Source: Rhodothermales bacterium (GTDB lineage Bacteria; Bacteroidota; Rhodothermia; Rhodothermales; VXPQ01). Taken from it: DNA of 64,000 bases. Below are positions 37,320 through 48,172 of this stretch, one piece after another. Where the stretch lies: assembly GCA_965117025.1 (NCBI GenBank), contig OZ220746.1, forward strand, positions 1,159,225 through 1,223,224. Direction: 5' to 3'. The notes under the pieces were generated by a model that saw only the letters and a program-made list of their open reading frames with translations, had not been told where the DNA came from and made no database searches. The translations under genes were made by a program, and so were the position numbers. Positions within the stretch are counted from its first letter, which is position 1, and each line of letters begins with the position of its first letter.

Positions 37320-37787
37320 TTATGACTGCTTCTGAACAGTGATCGTGACCGTACCTTCGTAATCCGTACTCGGCATGAAAATGGGGTTAATGAACGCCGC
37401 ATTGGCCGAAAGATTCGCCTGCGTGTCGCTTTGAAAAGCATAATTGAACGGGAGACTCGCGCCCGTGGGTGTCGTCAACGTGAGCGTTCGCGGTCCGTCA
37501 TCCACCGCATAGGTTCCGCCAAGCGTCAGGTCCTCACGCCCCGAGTCGTCCTTGTAATCCACCGTAATCAAAAAAGCAGGATCTTCGTCGCCCGCCTGGA
37601 ATACCGCAGTCAGACTATTCACAAGCGCCACCAATTCCGCCGACTGATCTCCATTGCCATCTCTGATACTGGTAGCCACCCAGGTTCCGACAAATCTCTC
37701 CGCATCGGAAGGCCCGTCGTCGTTCGAATCGCATCCCGCGACCAGGAAAGCCAGCAACGCTACTATGGGCAGTATTTTCCGTGTCAT
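37320..37787 (-). CDS. lipocalin-like lipoprotein embedded between rpsJ and rplC
   Basis: Signal peptide plus lipobox (KILPIVALLAFLVAGC), followed by the FVGTWVA motif typical of lipocalin-like beta-barrel lipoproteins. The stop lies 2 nt before the rplC start and the start about 30 nt after the rpsJ stop. Confidence 0.7.
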   Translation of the reverse strand: MTRKILPIVALLAFLVAGCDSNDDGPSDAERFVGTWVATSIRDGNGDQSAELVALVNSLTAVFQAGDEDPAFLITVDYKDDSGREDLTLGGTYAVDDGPRTLTLTTPTGASLPFNYAFQSDTQANLSANAAFINPIFMPSTDYEGTVTITVQKQS

Positions 37788-37816
37788 CGTTCTCTTCCCG
37801 GGTTCAAAATCAGGGG

Positions 37817-38128
37817 TCACACCTTGATCTCCACATCGACGCCGCTCGGAAGCTCCAGCTTCATAAGCGCATCCACGGTCTTGCTGCTGGTGGACAGAAT
37901 ATCGATCAGGCGCTCGTGGCTTCGCGTCTCGAACTGCTCCCGACTTTTCTTGTCCACATGCGGGCTACGCAGCACGGTATACACCGACCGCTTCGTAGGA
38001 AGGGGAATCGGTCCACTTACGACAGCACCGGTCGACTTCACCGTACGGAGTATTTTACTCGCACTCTTGTCGATCAGTCGATGATCGTACGACCTGAGCT
38101 TGATTCGAATTTTCTGATTTACCGCCAT
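37817..38128 (-). CDS. rpsJ: 30S ribosomal protein S10
   Basis: The internal Met gives [45 protein letters not shown] (103 aa), canonical S10. The longer ORF-track version is an upstream extension. Confidence 0.95.
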   Translation of the reverse strand: MAVNQKIRIKLRSYDHRLIDKSASKILRTVKSTGAVVSGPIPLPTKRSVYTVLRSPHVDKKSREQFETRSHERLIDILSTSSKTVDALMKLELPSGVDVEIKV

Positions 38129-38184
38129 GATCCTTCCGGTCATCGCCACCGGCCCACAGAGCCTGTGGCTACACCTCGTTCCTG

Positions 38185-39381
38185 CTAATCCAGTATCTTC
38201 GTCACCACGCCGGCGCCCACGGTACGGCCACCCTCGCGAATCGCGAATCGCAAGCCTTCCTCCATCGCCACCGGCTGAATCAGTTTCACCTCGAACTGCG
38301 TATTGTCGCCGGGCATCACCATCTCCACGCCCGAAGGCAATTCGATATCCCCTGTCACATCCGTGGTGCGGAAGTAGAACTGCGGGCGATACCCCTTGAA
38401 GAACGGCGTATGACGCCCTCCCTCTTCCTTGGACAATACATACACCTCGCACTCGAAATGGCGATGGGGCGTAATAGAGCCCGGCTTGCAGATCACCATT
38501 CCGCGCTCGATAGCATCCTTGTCGATGCCACGGAGAAGCAATCCCACATTATCTCCGGCCTGGCCGGTATCAAGAAGTTTCCTGAACATCTCCACCCCCG
38601 TCACCGTGGAAGTCAGTTTCTCTTCCTGCATACCCAAAATTTCCACCGCTTCACCCACATTGACCACACCGCGCTCGATGCGTCCCGTGGCAACCGTCCC
38701 GCGACCCGTAATGGAGAAAATATCCTCCACGGGCATCAGAAAGGGCTTGTCCATCTCGCGAGCAGGCGTCGGAATGTAGGTATCCACTGCGGACATCAAC
38801 TCGATGACCTTGTCCTCCCACTCCGATTCACCATTCAGCGCACCCAGTGCGGAACCTGAAATGACCGGCGTGTCATCTCCGGGAAATTCATACGTATCCA
38901 GCAGTTCCCGAACCTCCATCTCGACGAGTTCCAGCAACTCCTCATCATCGACAAGGTCCACCTTGTTCAGAAACACCACGATGTAGGGAACGCCCACCTG
39001 ACGGGCGAGCAGAATGTGTTCCCGGGTCTGCGGCATGGGACCATCGGTTGCCGCCACCACAAGGATCGCGCCATCCATCTGGGCCGCTCCCGTCACCATG
39101 TTCTTGACATAGTCCGCGTGTCCCGGGCAATCCACATGGGCATAATGCCGCGCTTCCGTGGCATATTCCACATGCGCCGTAGCGATCGTGATGCCGCGCT
39201 CGCGCTCTTCGGGGGCATTGTCGATTGAATCGAACGAACGGATTGCATTCGCCGGATCTTCCACGCGACGATTCAAAACCAGCGTAATCGCTGCCGTCAG
39301 CGTAGTCTTTCCGTGATCCACATGTCCGATCGTGCCTATGTTCACGTGAGGCTTACTGCGCTCAAAAGTTTCCTTGGCCAT
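38185..39381 (-). CDS. tuf: elongation factor Tu
   Basis: [33 protein letters not shown]..., with DCPGHADY and NKVD G-motifs. Confidence 0.98.
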   Translation of the reverse strand: MAKETFERSKPHVNIGTIGHVDHGKTTLTAAITLVLNRRVEDPANAIRSFDSIDNAPEERERGITIATAHVEYATEARHYAHVDCPGHADYVKNMVTGAAQMDGAILVVAATDGPMPQTREHILLARQVGVPYIVVFLNKVDLVDDEELLELVEMEVRELLDTYEFPGDDTPVISGSALGALNGESEWEDKVIELMSAVDTYIPTPAREMDKPFLMPVEDIFSITGRGTVATGRIERGVVNVGEAVEILGMQEEKLTSTVTGVEMFRKLLDTGQAGDNVGLLLRGIDKDAIERGMVICKPGSITPHRHFECEVYVLSKEEGGRHTPFFKGYRPQFYFRTTDVTGDIELPSGVEMVMPGDNTQFEVKLIQPVAMEEGLRFAIREGGRTVGAGVVTKILD

Positions 39382-39451
39382 GGCTGAATGCTTCTGTTTG
39401 GCGATAAGGTGTTCAGAAAAATGGTTTTAGTGAGGGTTGCCTTGCCGGCGG

Positions 39452-41548
39452 CTATGCCGCAACGGCTCCGGCGTTTGACGAAACGATCTCTTCGGCAATG
39501 CTCTTCGGCACTTCCTGGTAATGGTCGAATTGCATCGTATAGATGGCCCGTCCTTGCGTGATGGATCGGAGATCGGTTGAATACCCGAACATCTCCGACA
39601 GAGGTACGGATGCTGTGATGCCCTGCGCATCCTGACGCGGAGCCATGCTCTCGATACGCCCCCGACGACTGTTCAGGTCACCAATCACATCCCCCATGTA
39701 CTCCTCCGGCGTGATCACTTCCACATGCATAATGGGCTCCATCATAACCGGGCTTGCCTTCCGGGACGCGCTACGAAAAGCCATGCGGCCCGCAATCTCA
39801 AAGGCGTTCTGGTCGGAATCTACATCGTGGTATTTCCCGTCGTAGAGACGAGCCTTGACTCCTTCGACAGGATAACCGGCCAATGGCCCTTGCATCATAG
39901 CGGCCTTGATGCCCTTCTCTACGGAGGAAATGAACTCCTTCGGAATATTTCCCCCCTTGATTTCGTCGGCAAATTCGAAACCCACACCATCCTCGGTGGG
40001 CGTGAACTCAACATGAACCTCTGCAAATTGCCCGCGGCCCCCTGTCTGCTTTTTGTGCACGTATCGCTCGTCCCAGGAAGCAGTGATCGCTTCGCGGTAC
40101 GCTACCTGGGGGCGACCGATATTAGCAGCAACCTGGAACTCGCGTTTCAGACGGTCCACAATGATTTCAAGGTGTAATTCACCCATCCCCGCAATGATCG
40201 TCTGTCCCGTTTCCTCGTCGGTGCGGACTACAAACGTCGGGTCTTCCTCGGACAATTTCATAAGGCCCTGGGACATCTTGTCCCCGTCCGCCTTGGTCTT
40301 CGGCTCGATCGCGATACGAATGACCGGCTCCGGAAATTCCATGTGTTCGAGAACAACCGGGTGTCCGGGGTCACATAAAGTATCTCCCGTCCTGATTTGC
40401 TTGAGCCCGACCGCTGCCGCAATGTCTCCGGCTACCACGCGCTCAATATCCTCCCGATGGTTCGCATGCATAAAGAGAATACGTCCGATCCGTTCCTTGT
40501 TCTGCGAGGACGCATTCATCACCTGGGTACCCTTGTTGAGCGTACCGCTGTAGACGCGGAAAAAAGTCAGTTTCCCGACGTAGGGATCCGTTGCGATTTT
40601 GAACGCGATGGCACTGAACGGGGCTGATGAATCGGGATTGCGCTCGAGTGCCTGACCGGTTCTCGGATGAATTCCGGATACGGCCGGAATGTCGACTGGA
40701 CCCGGCAGATAATCAATGGCGCCATCCAGCAAACGCTGGACGCCCTTGTTTTTGAACGCGGAACCACAAAAAACCGGTGTAATATCGATGTTTAATGTGG
40801 CTGCACGGACCGCTGTCCTGATTTCCTGTGCCGTGATCTCCTCGCCTTCGAGGTACTTCATCAGAAGCGCATCGTTGTACTCCGCAATCGCCTCAAGAAG
40901 GTGAATGCGCCAGTGTCTTGCCTCCTTCCTGAGATCCGAGGGAACATCGATCTCATCCCAGGTCGCTCCCTGAGATTCGTCGTGCCAAACGATAGCCTTG
41001 TCCTCAATCAGGTCGATTACCCCCCGAAACATGTCCCCTGAACCAATAGGAATCTGCACAGGGATGGGATGTGCTTTCAGCCGTTCGCGCATCATCTGCA
41101 CGGTGTTCTCGAAATCGGCTCCCGTGCGATCCATCTTATTGACAAAGGCAATACGCGGGACGCCGTACTTGTTGGCCTGGCGCCATACGGTCTCGGATTG
41201 GGGCTCCACCCCTCCTACAGCGCAGAAAAGTGCAATAGCTCCATCGAGCACACGCAGGGAGCGTTCCACTTCGACCGTGAAATCCACATGGCCCGGCGTG
41301 TCGATAATGTTGATGCGATGATCTTTCCAGAAACAAGTGGTCGCGGCACTCGTGATCGTAATGCCGCGCTCCTTTTCCTGCTCCATCCAGTCCATTGTAG
41401 CACCGCCCTCGTGCACCTCTCCCATGCGATGGAGGCGACCCGTATAAAACAGAATGCGCTCCGTCGTGGTGGTTTTCCCCGCATCAATATGGGCCATGAT
41501 CCCGATATTGCGGGTTTTTTCAAGAGGTATCGTCTTTACAGTGGCCAT
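39452..41548 (-). CDS. fusA: elongation factor G
   Basis: [33 protein letters not shown] and NKMDR motifs. 698 aa with EF-G domains II-V. Confidence 0.98.
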   Translation of the reverse strand: MATVKTIPLEKTRNIGIMAHIDAGKTTTTERILFYTGRLHRMGEVHEGGATMDWMEQEKERGITITSAATTCFWKDHRINIIDTPGHVDFTVEVERSLRVLDGAIALFCAVGGVEPQSETVWRQANKYGVPRIAFVNKMDRTGADFENTVQMMRERLKAHPIPVQIPIGSGDMFRGVIDLIEDKAIVWHDESQGATWDEIDVPSDLRKEARHWRIHLLEAIAEYNDALLMKYLEGEEITAQEIRTAVRAATLNIDITPVFCGSAFKNKGVQRLLDGAIDYLPGPVDIPAVSGIHPRTGQALERNPDSSAPFSAIAFKIATDPYVGKLTFFRVYSGTLNKGTQVMNASSQNKERIGRILFMHANHREDIERVVAGDIAAAVGLKQIRTGDTLCDPGHPVVLEHMEFPEPVIRIAIEPKTKADGDKMSQGLMKLSEEDPTFVVRTDEETGQTIIAGMGELHLEIIVDRLKREFQVAANIGRPQVAYREAITASWDERYVHKKQTGGRGQFAEVHVEFTPTEDGVGFEFADEIKGGNIPKEFISSVEKGIKAAMMQGPLAGYPVEGVKARLYDGKYHDVDSDQNAFEIAGRMAFRSASRKASPVMMEPIMHVEVITPEEYMGDVIGDLNSRRGRIESMAPRQDAQGITASVPLSEMFGYSTDLRSITQGRAIYTMQFDHYQEVPKSIAEEIVSSNAGAVAA

Positions 41549-41620
41549 AATCTTGCTTTCGATGGATCAAACTTGCGGTCGTAAACAAGCGACCACAGGC
41601 TGCGAAACACATCGTTGCCA

Positions 41621-42088
41621 TTAAAACCGAAAGTGAGCGAATGCTTTATTGGACTCAGCCATTCTGTGCGTATCGTCTTTCTTCTTCACAGATCCTCCCT
41701 CTCCATTTGCCGCAGCCTGTAACTCATTCGCAAGCCGCAATGCAAAACTCTTGTCGCTGCGAGCCCGCGCATATCTGATAATCCACCGGAATGCCAGCGC
41801 TGTGCGGCGCTCGGGGCGTACTTCGACGGGAACCTGATAGGTGGCCCCGCCTACCCGGCGGCTCCGCACTTCAATGAGCGGCGCCACGTTGTTTACGGCC
41901 TTTCTGAACACCTCGACGCCCGACTCGCCGCTGCGCTCGCCTGCAATCTCGAACGCATTATACACGAGTCTTTGCGCCGTGCTTTTCTTGCCATCTTTCA
42001 GCACACTGCTGATAAAACGGCCAACGAGCTCGTCACCGTAGACGGAATCTTCGACCGCCTTGCGTTTTTCTGCCCTGTTTCTGCGCAT
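41621..42088 (-). CDS. rpsG: 30S ribosomal protein S7
   Basis: MRRNRAEKRKAVEDSVYGDELVGRFISSVLKDGKKSTAQR...MAESNKAFAHFRF is canonical S7. Confidence 0.96.
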   Translation of the reverse strand: MRRNRAEKRKAVEDSVYGDELVGRFISSVLKDGKKSTAQRLVYNAFEIAGERSGESGVEVFRKAVNNVAPLIEVRSRRVGGATYQVPVEVRPERRTALAFRWIIRYARARSDKSFALRLANELQAAANGEGGSVKKKDDTHRMAESNKAFAHFRF

Positions 42089-42151
42089 GATTCAGACTCT
42101 GTTTCGATACATATCAGACACTGCGTCTCTGAACAATGAAAATCCGGTGCG

Positions 42152-42526
42152 TTACTTCCGCGGCCTTTTTGCGCCGTACTTCGACCGACTCTGCATGCGA
42201 TCCCCGACGCCCGCCGTATCCAGCGCACCACGTACAATATGATACTTCACACCGGGCAGATCCTTTACACGCCCTCCGCGCACAAGCACAATCGAATGCT
42301 CCTGCAGATTGTGCCCCTCACCCGGGATGTAGGCGATAACCTCATAGCCGTTCGTAAGCCTCACCTTGGCTACCTTGCGAAGCGCAGAGTTAGGCTTCTT
42401 CGGCGTCGTCGTATAGACGCGCGTACAGACACCCCGCTTCTGCGGACTGCCTTCAAGCGCCGCAGCTTTGGTTTTTCCAGGCTTTCGGGCTCGCCCCTGG
42501 CGAACAAGCTGCTGAATAGTTGGCAC
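42152..42526 (-). CDS. rpsL: 30S ribosomal protein S12 (GTG start)
   Basis: (M)[56 protein letters not shown] is canonical S12. The first codon reads GTG on the minus strand. Confidence 0.96.
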   Translation of the reverse strand: MPTIQQLVRQGRARKPGKTKAAALEGSPQKRGVCTRVYTTTPKKPNSALRKVAKVRLTNGYEVIAYIPGEGHNLQEHSIVLVRGGRVKDLPGVKYHIVRGALDTAGVGDRMQSRSKYGAKRPRK

Positions 42527-42626
42527 GATATCGGTATCGGTTCAATGTGGTGGGTGCGCGCATAAAGATGCCGCAGAGTCGTTCTGAACGGTTCTGTAGA
42601 AAAAGCCAGAACAACGCAAGCCGCAT

Positions 42627-42655
42627 AATATAGTGTTTATCCGATTTTGATTCAA
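42627..42655 (-). promoter_or_regulatory. sigma70-like promoter candidate for the str operon (TTGAAT-17 nt-TATATT)
   Basis: On the minus strand, TTGAAT is at 42655-42650, followed by an exact 17-nt spacer and TATATT at 42632-42627. It lies about 100 nt upstream of the rpsL start. An inverted repeat CCGATTT/AAATCGG overlaps the -35 and spacer region. Confidence 0.4.
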
Positions 42656-42717
42656 TGAAATCGGTTAAGATCAAGTAAAAAATATCAAGGACCCGCGCGG
42701 CAGCCAGGTATCAGAAT

Positions 42718-44844
42718 CTACGCACTGCCGGCAGTTTCCCCACTTTCTTCAGAATTTGCCGCCGACTCGGGGGCAGCCTCTTCGCCAAATTCTGTATGAC
42801 GGTCATCTGCAACGATACCGTTCCCGCCACCAGCCTCCGTCCTGACTTCCTTGTCAGGAGCGCCGTTCAGCGAAATGTATTCACCAAACGGGCGAGGCCC
42901 GAGAATCTCGACAATCTCTTTCGGACCCAATACTTCTTTTTTCAGCAATGCCTTCGCCATGTCTTCAAGGAATGCACGCTTCTCCTCAAGCAATGTGCGC
43001 GCACGCTCGCGAATCTCGTCAATGATGTCTCGCACTTCCTCGTCGATAATACGAGCGGTTTCGTCGGAATAAGGTTTCTCGAAAACCGGAGCATCCTGAT
43101 CCCGGTTCGAGCGATTATAAGAGACACTGCCGATCCGCTCGCTCATCCCGTAATAGACCACCATGGCATACGCCATCCTGGTAATGCGTTCGAGGTCATT
43201 CTGCGCCCCGGTCGAGATACGTCCGAAAACGATTTCCTCGGCAACGCGCCCGCCGATGGCCATGGTCATCCGGTCCAGCAACGCCTCTTTGGTGTAGAGA
43301 TAGCGTTCTTCGGGAAGGTACTGGGCATAGCCGAGAGCGGCCAGACCACGTGGTATAATAGACACCTTGACCACCGGATCCGTATTCTCCAGAAACCAGC
43401 CCGTAATGGCATGTCCGGCCTCGTGGTAGGCAACAATCTTTCGCTCTTCCGGCGAAATGAGTTTGTTCTTCTTTTCAAGCCCGGCGATCACTCTGTCGAT
43501 TGCGCGCTCGAAATCCTCCATCTCAATGGAGTCCTTTTCTTCCCGGGCAGCAAGCAGGGCTGCTTCATTGCATACATTGGCGATTTCGGCGCCCGCAAAA
43601 CCTGGTGTTTGCCCGGCCAGCACTTCCGGATTCACATCCTCATGCAACACCAGCCGGCGAGTATGTACCCTGAAGATTTCTGCGCGCTCACGCCGGTCGG
43701 GTTTGTCTATCATGATCTGCCGATCAAAGCGACCGGGACGCAGCAATGCACTGTCAAGCACGTCCGGGCGATTGGTGGCAGCCATGATAATGACCCCCTT
43801 GTCGGTATTGAACCCGTCCATCTCGACAAGTAACTGATTCAGCGTATTCTCGCGCTCGTCGTTGGCCCCCATCATCATACCGCGCCCGCGAGTCCGTCCG
43901 ATAGCATCAATTTCGTCGATAAAAATGATGCAGGGCGCCTTCTCCTTGGCCTGCTTGAAAAGATCGCGTACACGCGCGGCGCCTACCCCCACAAACATCT
44001 CGACAAAATCGGATCCGGACAGGGAAAAGAAAGGAACTCCGGCTTCCCCGGCGACAGCCTTTGCCAACAAAGTCTTGCCAGTCCCGGGCGGACCAACGAG
44101 CAGCACGCCCTTGGGCAGCTTGCCGCCCAGCTTGATGAACTTTTTCGGATTCGTTAGAAAATCGGCTACTTCGGCAACCTCTTCCTTGGCTTCATCAAGT
44201 CCCGCCACATCCCTGAACGTTAACTGCTGATCTCCCATAGCGTCGAAAAGCACTGCCTTGTTCTTTCCGATATTGAGGACCTGGGATCCGGGATTCATAC
44301 GTCGAATCAGAAAAATCCACAGAAAAACAATAAGAAGCAGGGGAAAAATCCATGCCAGCATTCCGCCGAACCATCGTTCTTCGACACGTGCCGAAAATTC
44401 CACAGTGGATTTATCCCCGGCGCCGGCCTGCTCATTGTAATCCCGCAAAAAGTCGGTCAGATCATGGTCGTCAGGCTTCGTACTGGAAAAATCAAGGGGG
44501 GTCTCTTCGGAACGGGCCGCAAGAAAATTGTTTGTCGGCTCCGGTACTTCGACCAGACCCTGTTCGACGGCTTCCGGCGTATAAACACCCTCAATGCGCT
44601 GGTCGTTGACAACAACCACCTTATCGACATATCCGCTCTCCACATACTGAAGAAATGTACTGTAGTCGATCGGATTCGATGAGCCGACAGACCGGAAGAG
44701 CAAAATGTGGAAGAGCAGCATCAGAAATACCGCCAGATATATCCACACTGCAAGCTTCGGCCTGCGTTTCAGCGGGCGCGAGCTATCCTCTCTGGACGAA
44801 TTGTCCACTTCGGGTTGTGTGTGTTCAGGGCCGGTTTCCGACAT
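42718..44844 (-). CDS. ftsH: ATP-dependent zinc metalloprotease FtsH
   Basis: Two N-terminal TM segments, AAA+ Walker A (GPPGTGKT) and Walker B (IIFIDEID), the SRH, and the zinc motif HEAGHA. Confidence 0.97.
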   Translation of the reverse strand: MSETGPEHTQPEVDNSSREDSSRPLKRRPKLAVWIYLAVFLMLLFHILLFRSVGSSNPIDYSTFLQYVESGYVDKVVVVNDQRIEGVYTPEAVEQGLVEVPEPTNNFLAARSEETPLDFSSTKPDDHDLTDFLRDYNEQAGAGDKSTVEFSARVEERWFGGMLAWIFPLLLIVFLWIFLIRRMNPGSQVLNIGKNKAVLFDAMGDQQLTFRDVAGLDEAKEEVAEVADFLTNPKKFIKLGGKLPKGVLLVGPPGTGKTLLAKAVAGEAGVPFFSLSGSDFVEMFVGVGAARVRDLFKQAKEKAPCIIFIDEIDAIGRTRGRGMMMGANDERENTLNQLLVEMDGFNTDKGVIIMAATNRPDVLDSALLRPGRFDRQIMIDKPDRRERAEIFRVHTRRLVLHEDVNPEVLAGQTPGFAGAEIANVCNEAALLAAREEKDSIEMEDFERAIDRVIAGLEKKNKLISPEERKIVAYHEAGHAITGWFLENTDPVVKVSIIPRGLAALGYAQYLPEERYLYTKEALLDRMTMAIGGRVAEEIVFGRISTGAQNDLERITRMAYAMVVYYGMSERIGSVSYNRSNRDQDAPVFEKPYSDETARIIDEEVRDIIDEIRERARTLLEEKRAFLEDMAKALLKKEVLGPKEIVEILGPRPFGEYISLNGAPDKEVRTEAGGGNGIVADDRHTEFGEEAAPESAANSEESGETAGSA

Positions 44845-45033
44845 ATCGCAAGTGGTTGTGCCCGTACGGCATTACACCCCGTCAACCTGTTTGCCGCATC
44901 ATATGGGTTGATACGCAGAGGCGAACTTTATGTACCTGCAACAAATAGGGCTGTTCCTCCCGGGGGCACTACGCATCAGAAGAGATAAGGATACAAACAG
45001 CGCCCCAAAGCCATCCTGCACCCCGGATCGGGG

Positions 45034-48000
45034 CTACGGAAGAATCAGTGGTTGCACACGGGGGCGTTCCGCAAGCCGGCCAAGCATAGACCCAAGCCTT
45101 TCCAGCGCTGCACCGGCAGCCTCTTCATCCGGAAAATGCCCAAGTGCAGCACGATACACAACCCTGTCATTCACCGAGCCGGGTAATACGGCGGCTCGAA
45201 GACCTTGCTGGACGTATGGAGCGACAAGTATTTCCATAGGTTCGCGTTCGTTGTCGGCGCCGAGCACAATCGTGAATCCACCCAATTCAGGCCGTATGCC
45301 CCCTCCACCGTACAAAGAAAATTCACCGCTCGGGATCGCGGGCAGGGCTGTTTCATTGGAAAGCAAGGCCTCCTCGTCAGCAGGCAAAAGCGCCTCCTCA
45401 GACGGTAAGGGCACTTCGTCAGGAGGCAAAGGGGCCTCGTCAGGGGGGACATAGGTTTCGTCGAAAGGCAAGAACACCTCGTCAGAAACAGCAGGAACAG
45501 TGCCAACCTGTTCACTCGCAAGGGAATCCGGGAGAGAAGAGCCGGCAAGGGTATCGGATGCTACAGAGTCCACAGGAGCTTGCAAGGCCTGTAGTTCCTG
45601 ATCCAGCATGTCGAGAATATCTCCGGCCCTATCCGCATAGGCGGTGGATGGATACAACGTTCGGACACCGGTATACACCGAACGGAGATCAACCATATCC
45701 GTTTTGGCGGAAGCAAGAAGATCACTTTGCGGCGCAACGCCGCCCTCGGGTGGTACAACCACCGTATCCGGGGCAGTGTACTCTTCTGAATCCTCCAGAG
45801 CAAAACCTGTATTGGCTTCTCGCTCCTGGGCCAGCAGCGAATCTGCAGAAGAGGGAAAGGCCGCAGCAAGTTCCACAATACCGGCCTGTGCAAGCACCGA
45901 ATCGGGTAGCTGTATGGGCAACGGACCAAACACATCCAGCGAATCGGAGGCCGCCCATTCGAAATAAATGCGCCCCGCTGCAAACAGCGCCCGTGGCGCC
46001 ACCTCCGTATTTCGATATCGGGAAGCTATTAACACCATGCGGTTGAGTGCTTCTTCGTACGCCCCGCGACGCCATCGAATCACCGCCTCGTCGTATTCTT
46101 CCAGCGCCACGGCGAGACTGTCGAGCGTTTCCTCCGGCTCAAGACCAAGCTCCATGCGGACTCTGTCCGCAAAATCAGAATCCGGATAATCGGCCAACAC
46201 CTGCCTGTATATCCCTTGCGCACTGGCGATATCGCCCAATGAGCGCTGCACTTCGGCCAGGGCATAAAATGCTCGCTGAGCAACTTCCGTATCAGCATCT
46301 TTCTCAATTACCATACGATACCAGACCGCCGCAGAATCCGGTTCATTCATCGAAAGAAAAAGGACATTCCCCAGTTCGTACCGGGCCAGCGCCCGTTCCT
46401 CTTCCATAATCACCTGACTCAGCGAATCACGCGGAACGTCCGAAATGTCGATCAATGGCAACGCATACATCCCTATACCGTCGCCGCTATCGCCCGGCGA
46501 AGTCGTTCCCTCTCTGGAATCGGAATGCTCTCTCTCACTCAAGGCAATCGTCACGGCTTCTATACGGCGCCAGTTGGGTACATGGGGACGTTCACCCCAG
46601 CGCGCCACAAAGTTCATGCGCGCTTCCTGTACGCGAGTACGATCCCGGTGATACAGAAACCCGGCCTCGCCGGTATCGGCAGCATTGGAACCTGTGCCCG
46701 CACCTTGCGCACCCGTCCGGGAGGCCGCATCCTGAAAGCCGCGTTCCGCTTGCAGTTGTTCTGCACGCCGTCGCTCTTCGGCAAGCTCTTCGGCTTTCTG
46801 CTGCTGCAATGCGAGAATACGTTCATCGAATGCCTCGTCGGACAAGCGGCCCAACTCAAGCAACGAATCCATACGGGCAATGTTATTGCGTACATTGGCA
46901 AAACTGGCAAACACTTCGGCCTGGCGAGTCGCATCCGTCACAGCTTCGGGGGTGTATTGCAAGGATTGCCCGGAACCTGACGAGGAAGAGGGAATCGCTG
47001 TGCGGGCAGTATCGAAATGCGCCGAGGCAAGAAGGTAGTCTTTGAAAACATCCCGGTACAGTTCGGCCAGTGCATAGTGGGTCAGCCCCCTGATAGTCCG
47101 GCCTGTACTTTCTTCCTCATACAGGATATGCCAATACATGGCAAGCGCATCCTGGGGTTGTTCTTGCGCATGATGAATACGGCCGCGCACGTACGCGAGT
47201 TCGAAACGCCGGTCATAATGCTTGTCGTCACGATCCATGCGGCGCAACGCTTCCAGCGCCGCAACCCCATCGAGGTGCATGCCCTGCACACGCACGATAC
47301 TCAACGACGCGGCATAGTCAAGTTCATACGGAGGACGCACCTTGAGCACGCGCCTGTAGGCCTCGACCGCTTCTTCGTAGCGTTCCAGTGATTCGTACAC
47401 CTGGCCGAGCAGAAAGGCCCCTTGAGCCTGGAGGTCTTTGCTACGCACATCCAGCAAACCCGCTTCAAGCTCAGTAGCCGCTTTTTCGAAATCCCCCTGT
47501 TTAACGGAAAGTTCGCCGAGAGCAAGTCGAAGACGCGCCGCCGACCGCCGGGACATATCTTCCCGGTCCAGGCTGCTCGCAAGGTGTTGCTGCGCCGATT
47601 CGTAGGCTCGAGCCGCCATCAATGTCCGGGCCAGCCATATCCGGGCATCTTCTGCAAGACTGGTTTCGAAAGCAATTACTTCACGGAATTTCTGCTCGGC
47701 CCCTACATAATTCTCCTGATAGAAATAGGATTGCCCGATAAGCAGGAGCGCATCGTCCACCCATTTGGAGCGCGGATGGTCCCGCAGTACATTGGCGCTT
47801 CGTTCTATCGCATTCTGAAAGGCGGCATTCCCGCCCGACCGGGGCGGACCGCCGAAGATGTTGATGTACCGCGTCCGGTCTATGGGCTGTTCGGAGGACT
47901 CCATGGCTTGAACGCCATTCCTATAGTCCTGCTCTGCGTTATAGAACGTGTTGTAATAAGAGGTGAAATTGTCGTAATGCTTCCCCACGAAAGAATTGCC

Positions 48001-48072
48001 CCCGCAACCGGCTGCAGCAAAAAACAGGATGGCCGCAAAAAGATGAGTGCCGGTGCGAGCGGAAAACGACAT
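45034..48072 (-). CDS. large TPR-repeat lipoprotein with a C-terminal SPOR-like domain
   Basis: 1012 aa. Signal/lipobox LFFAAAGCG. There are many TPR-like helical repeats (for example YFYQENYVGAEQKFREVI and QGDFEKAATELEAGL). The C-terminal ~80 aa (GFTIVLGADNEREPMEILV...YRAALGHFPDEEAAGAALERL) resembles a SPOR peptidoglycan-binding domain. Confidence 0.7.
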   Translation of the reverse strand: MSFSARTGTHLFAAILFFAAAGCGGNSFVGKHYDNFTSYYNTFYNAEQDYRNGVQAMESSEQPIDRTRYINIFGGPPRSGGNAAFQNAIERSANVLRDHPRSKWVDDALLLIGQSYFYQENYVGAEQKFREVIAFETSLAEDARIWLARTLMAARAYESAQQHLASSLDREDMSRRSAARLRLALGELSVKQGDFEKAATELEAGLLDVRSKDLQAQGAFLLGQVYESLERYEEAVEAYRRVLKVRPPYELDYAASLSIVRVQGMHLDGVAALEALRRMDRDDKHYDRRFELAYVRGRIHHAQEQPQDALAMYWHILYEEESTGRTIRGLTHYALAELYRDVFKDYLLASAHFDTARTAIPSSSSGSGQSLQYTPEAVTDATRQAEVFASFANVRNNIARMDSLLELGRLSDEAFDERILALQQQKAEELAEERRRAEQLQAERGFQDAASRTGAQGAGTGSNAADTGEAGFLYHRDRTRVQEARMNFVARWGERPHVPNWRRIEAVTIALSEREHSDSREGTTSPGDSGDGIGMYALPLIDISDVPRDSLSQVIMEEERALARYELGNVLFLSMNEPDSAAVWYRMVIEKDADTEVAQRAFYALAEVQRSLGDIASAQGIYRQVLADYPDSDFADRVRMELGLEPEETLDSLAVALEEYDEAVIRWRRGAYEEALNRMVLIASRYRNTEVAPRALFAAGRIYFEWAASDSLDVFGPLPIQLPDSVLAQAGIVELAAAFPSSADSLLAQEREANTGFALEDSEEYTAPDTVVVPPEGGVAPQSDLLASAKTDMVDLRSVYTGVRTLYPSTAYADRAGDILDMLDQELQALQAPVDSVASDTLAGSSLPDSLASEQVGTVPAVSDEVFLPFDETYVPPDEAPLPPDEVPLPSEEALLPADEEALLSNETALPAIPSGEFSLYGGGGIRPELGGFTIVLGADNEREPMEILVAPYVQQGLRAAVLPGSVNDRVVYRAALGHFPDEEAAGAALERLGSMLGRLAERPRVQPLILP
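45340..45486. repeat. degenerate tandem repeats encoding a Pro/Asp/Glu/Leu linker (PPDEAPLPPDEVPLPSEEALLPADEEALL)
   Basis: On the plus strand, reiterated cctcgtcag / ctcctcag units occur every ~18-27 nt. The linker sits between the TPR region and the SPOR-like domain. Confidence 0.6.
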
Positions 48073-48172
48073 AAGGCGGCAGTCGAATATGCTGCACAGA
48101 AAAGAGAGAAAACGTGAGAAACCCCGACCAGAACGCAGGAAACCGGGGAATAGTATACGCTATCCTATAGTC

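Noticed and set aside
28418-38452. N-terminally extended versions of ribosomal-protein ORFs in the track (for example S5 262 aa, S10 211 aa, L5 213 aa, L24 143 aa, S13 182 aa).
   Set aside because: The extensions run into the upstream gene or the spacer. They precede internal Met codons that reproduce the canonical N-termini. The shorter coordinates were used.
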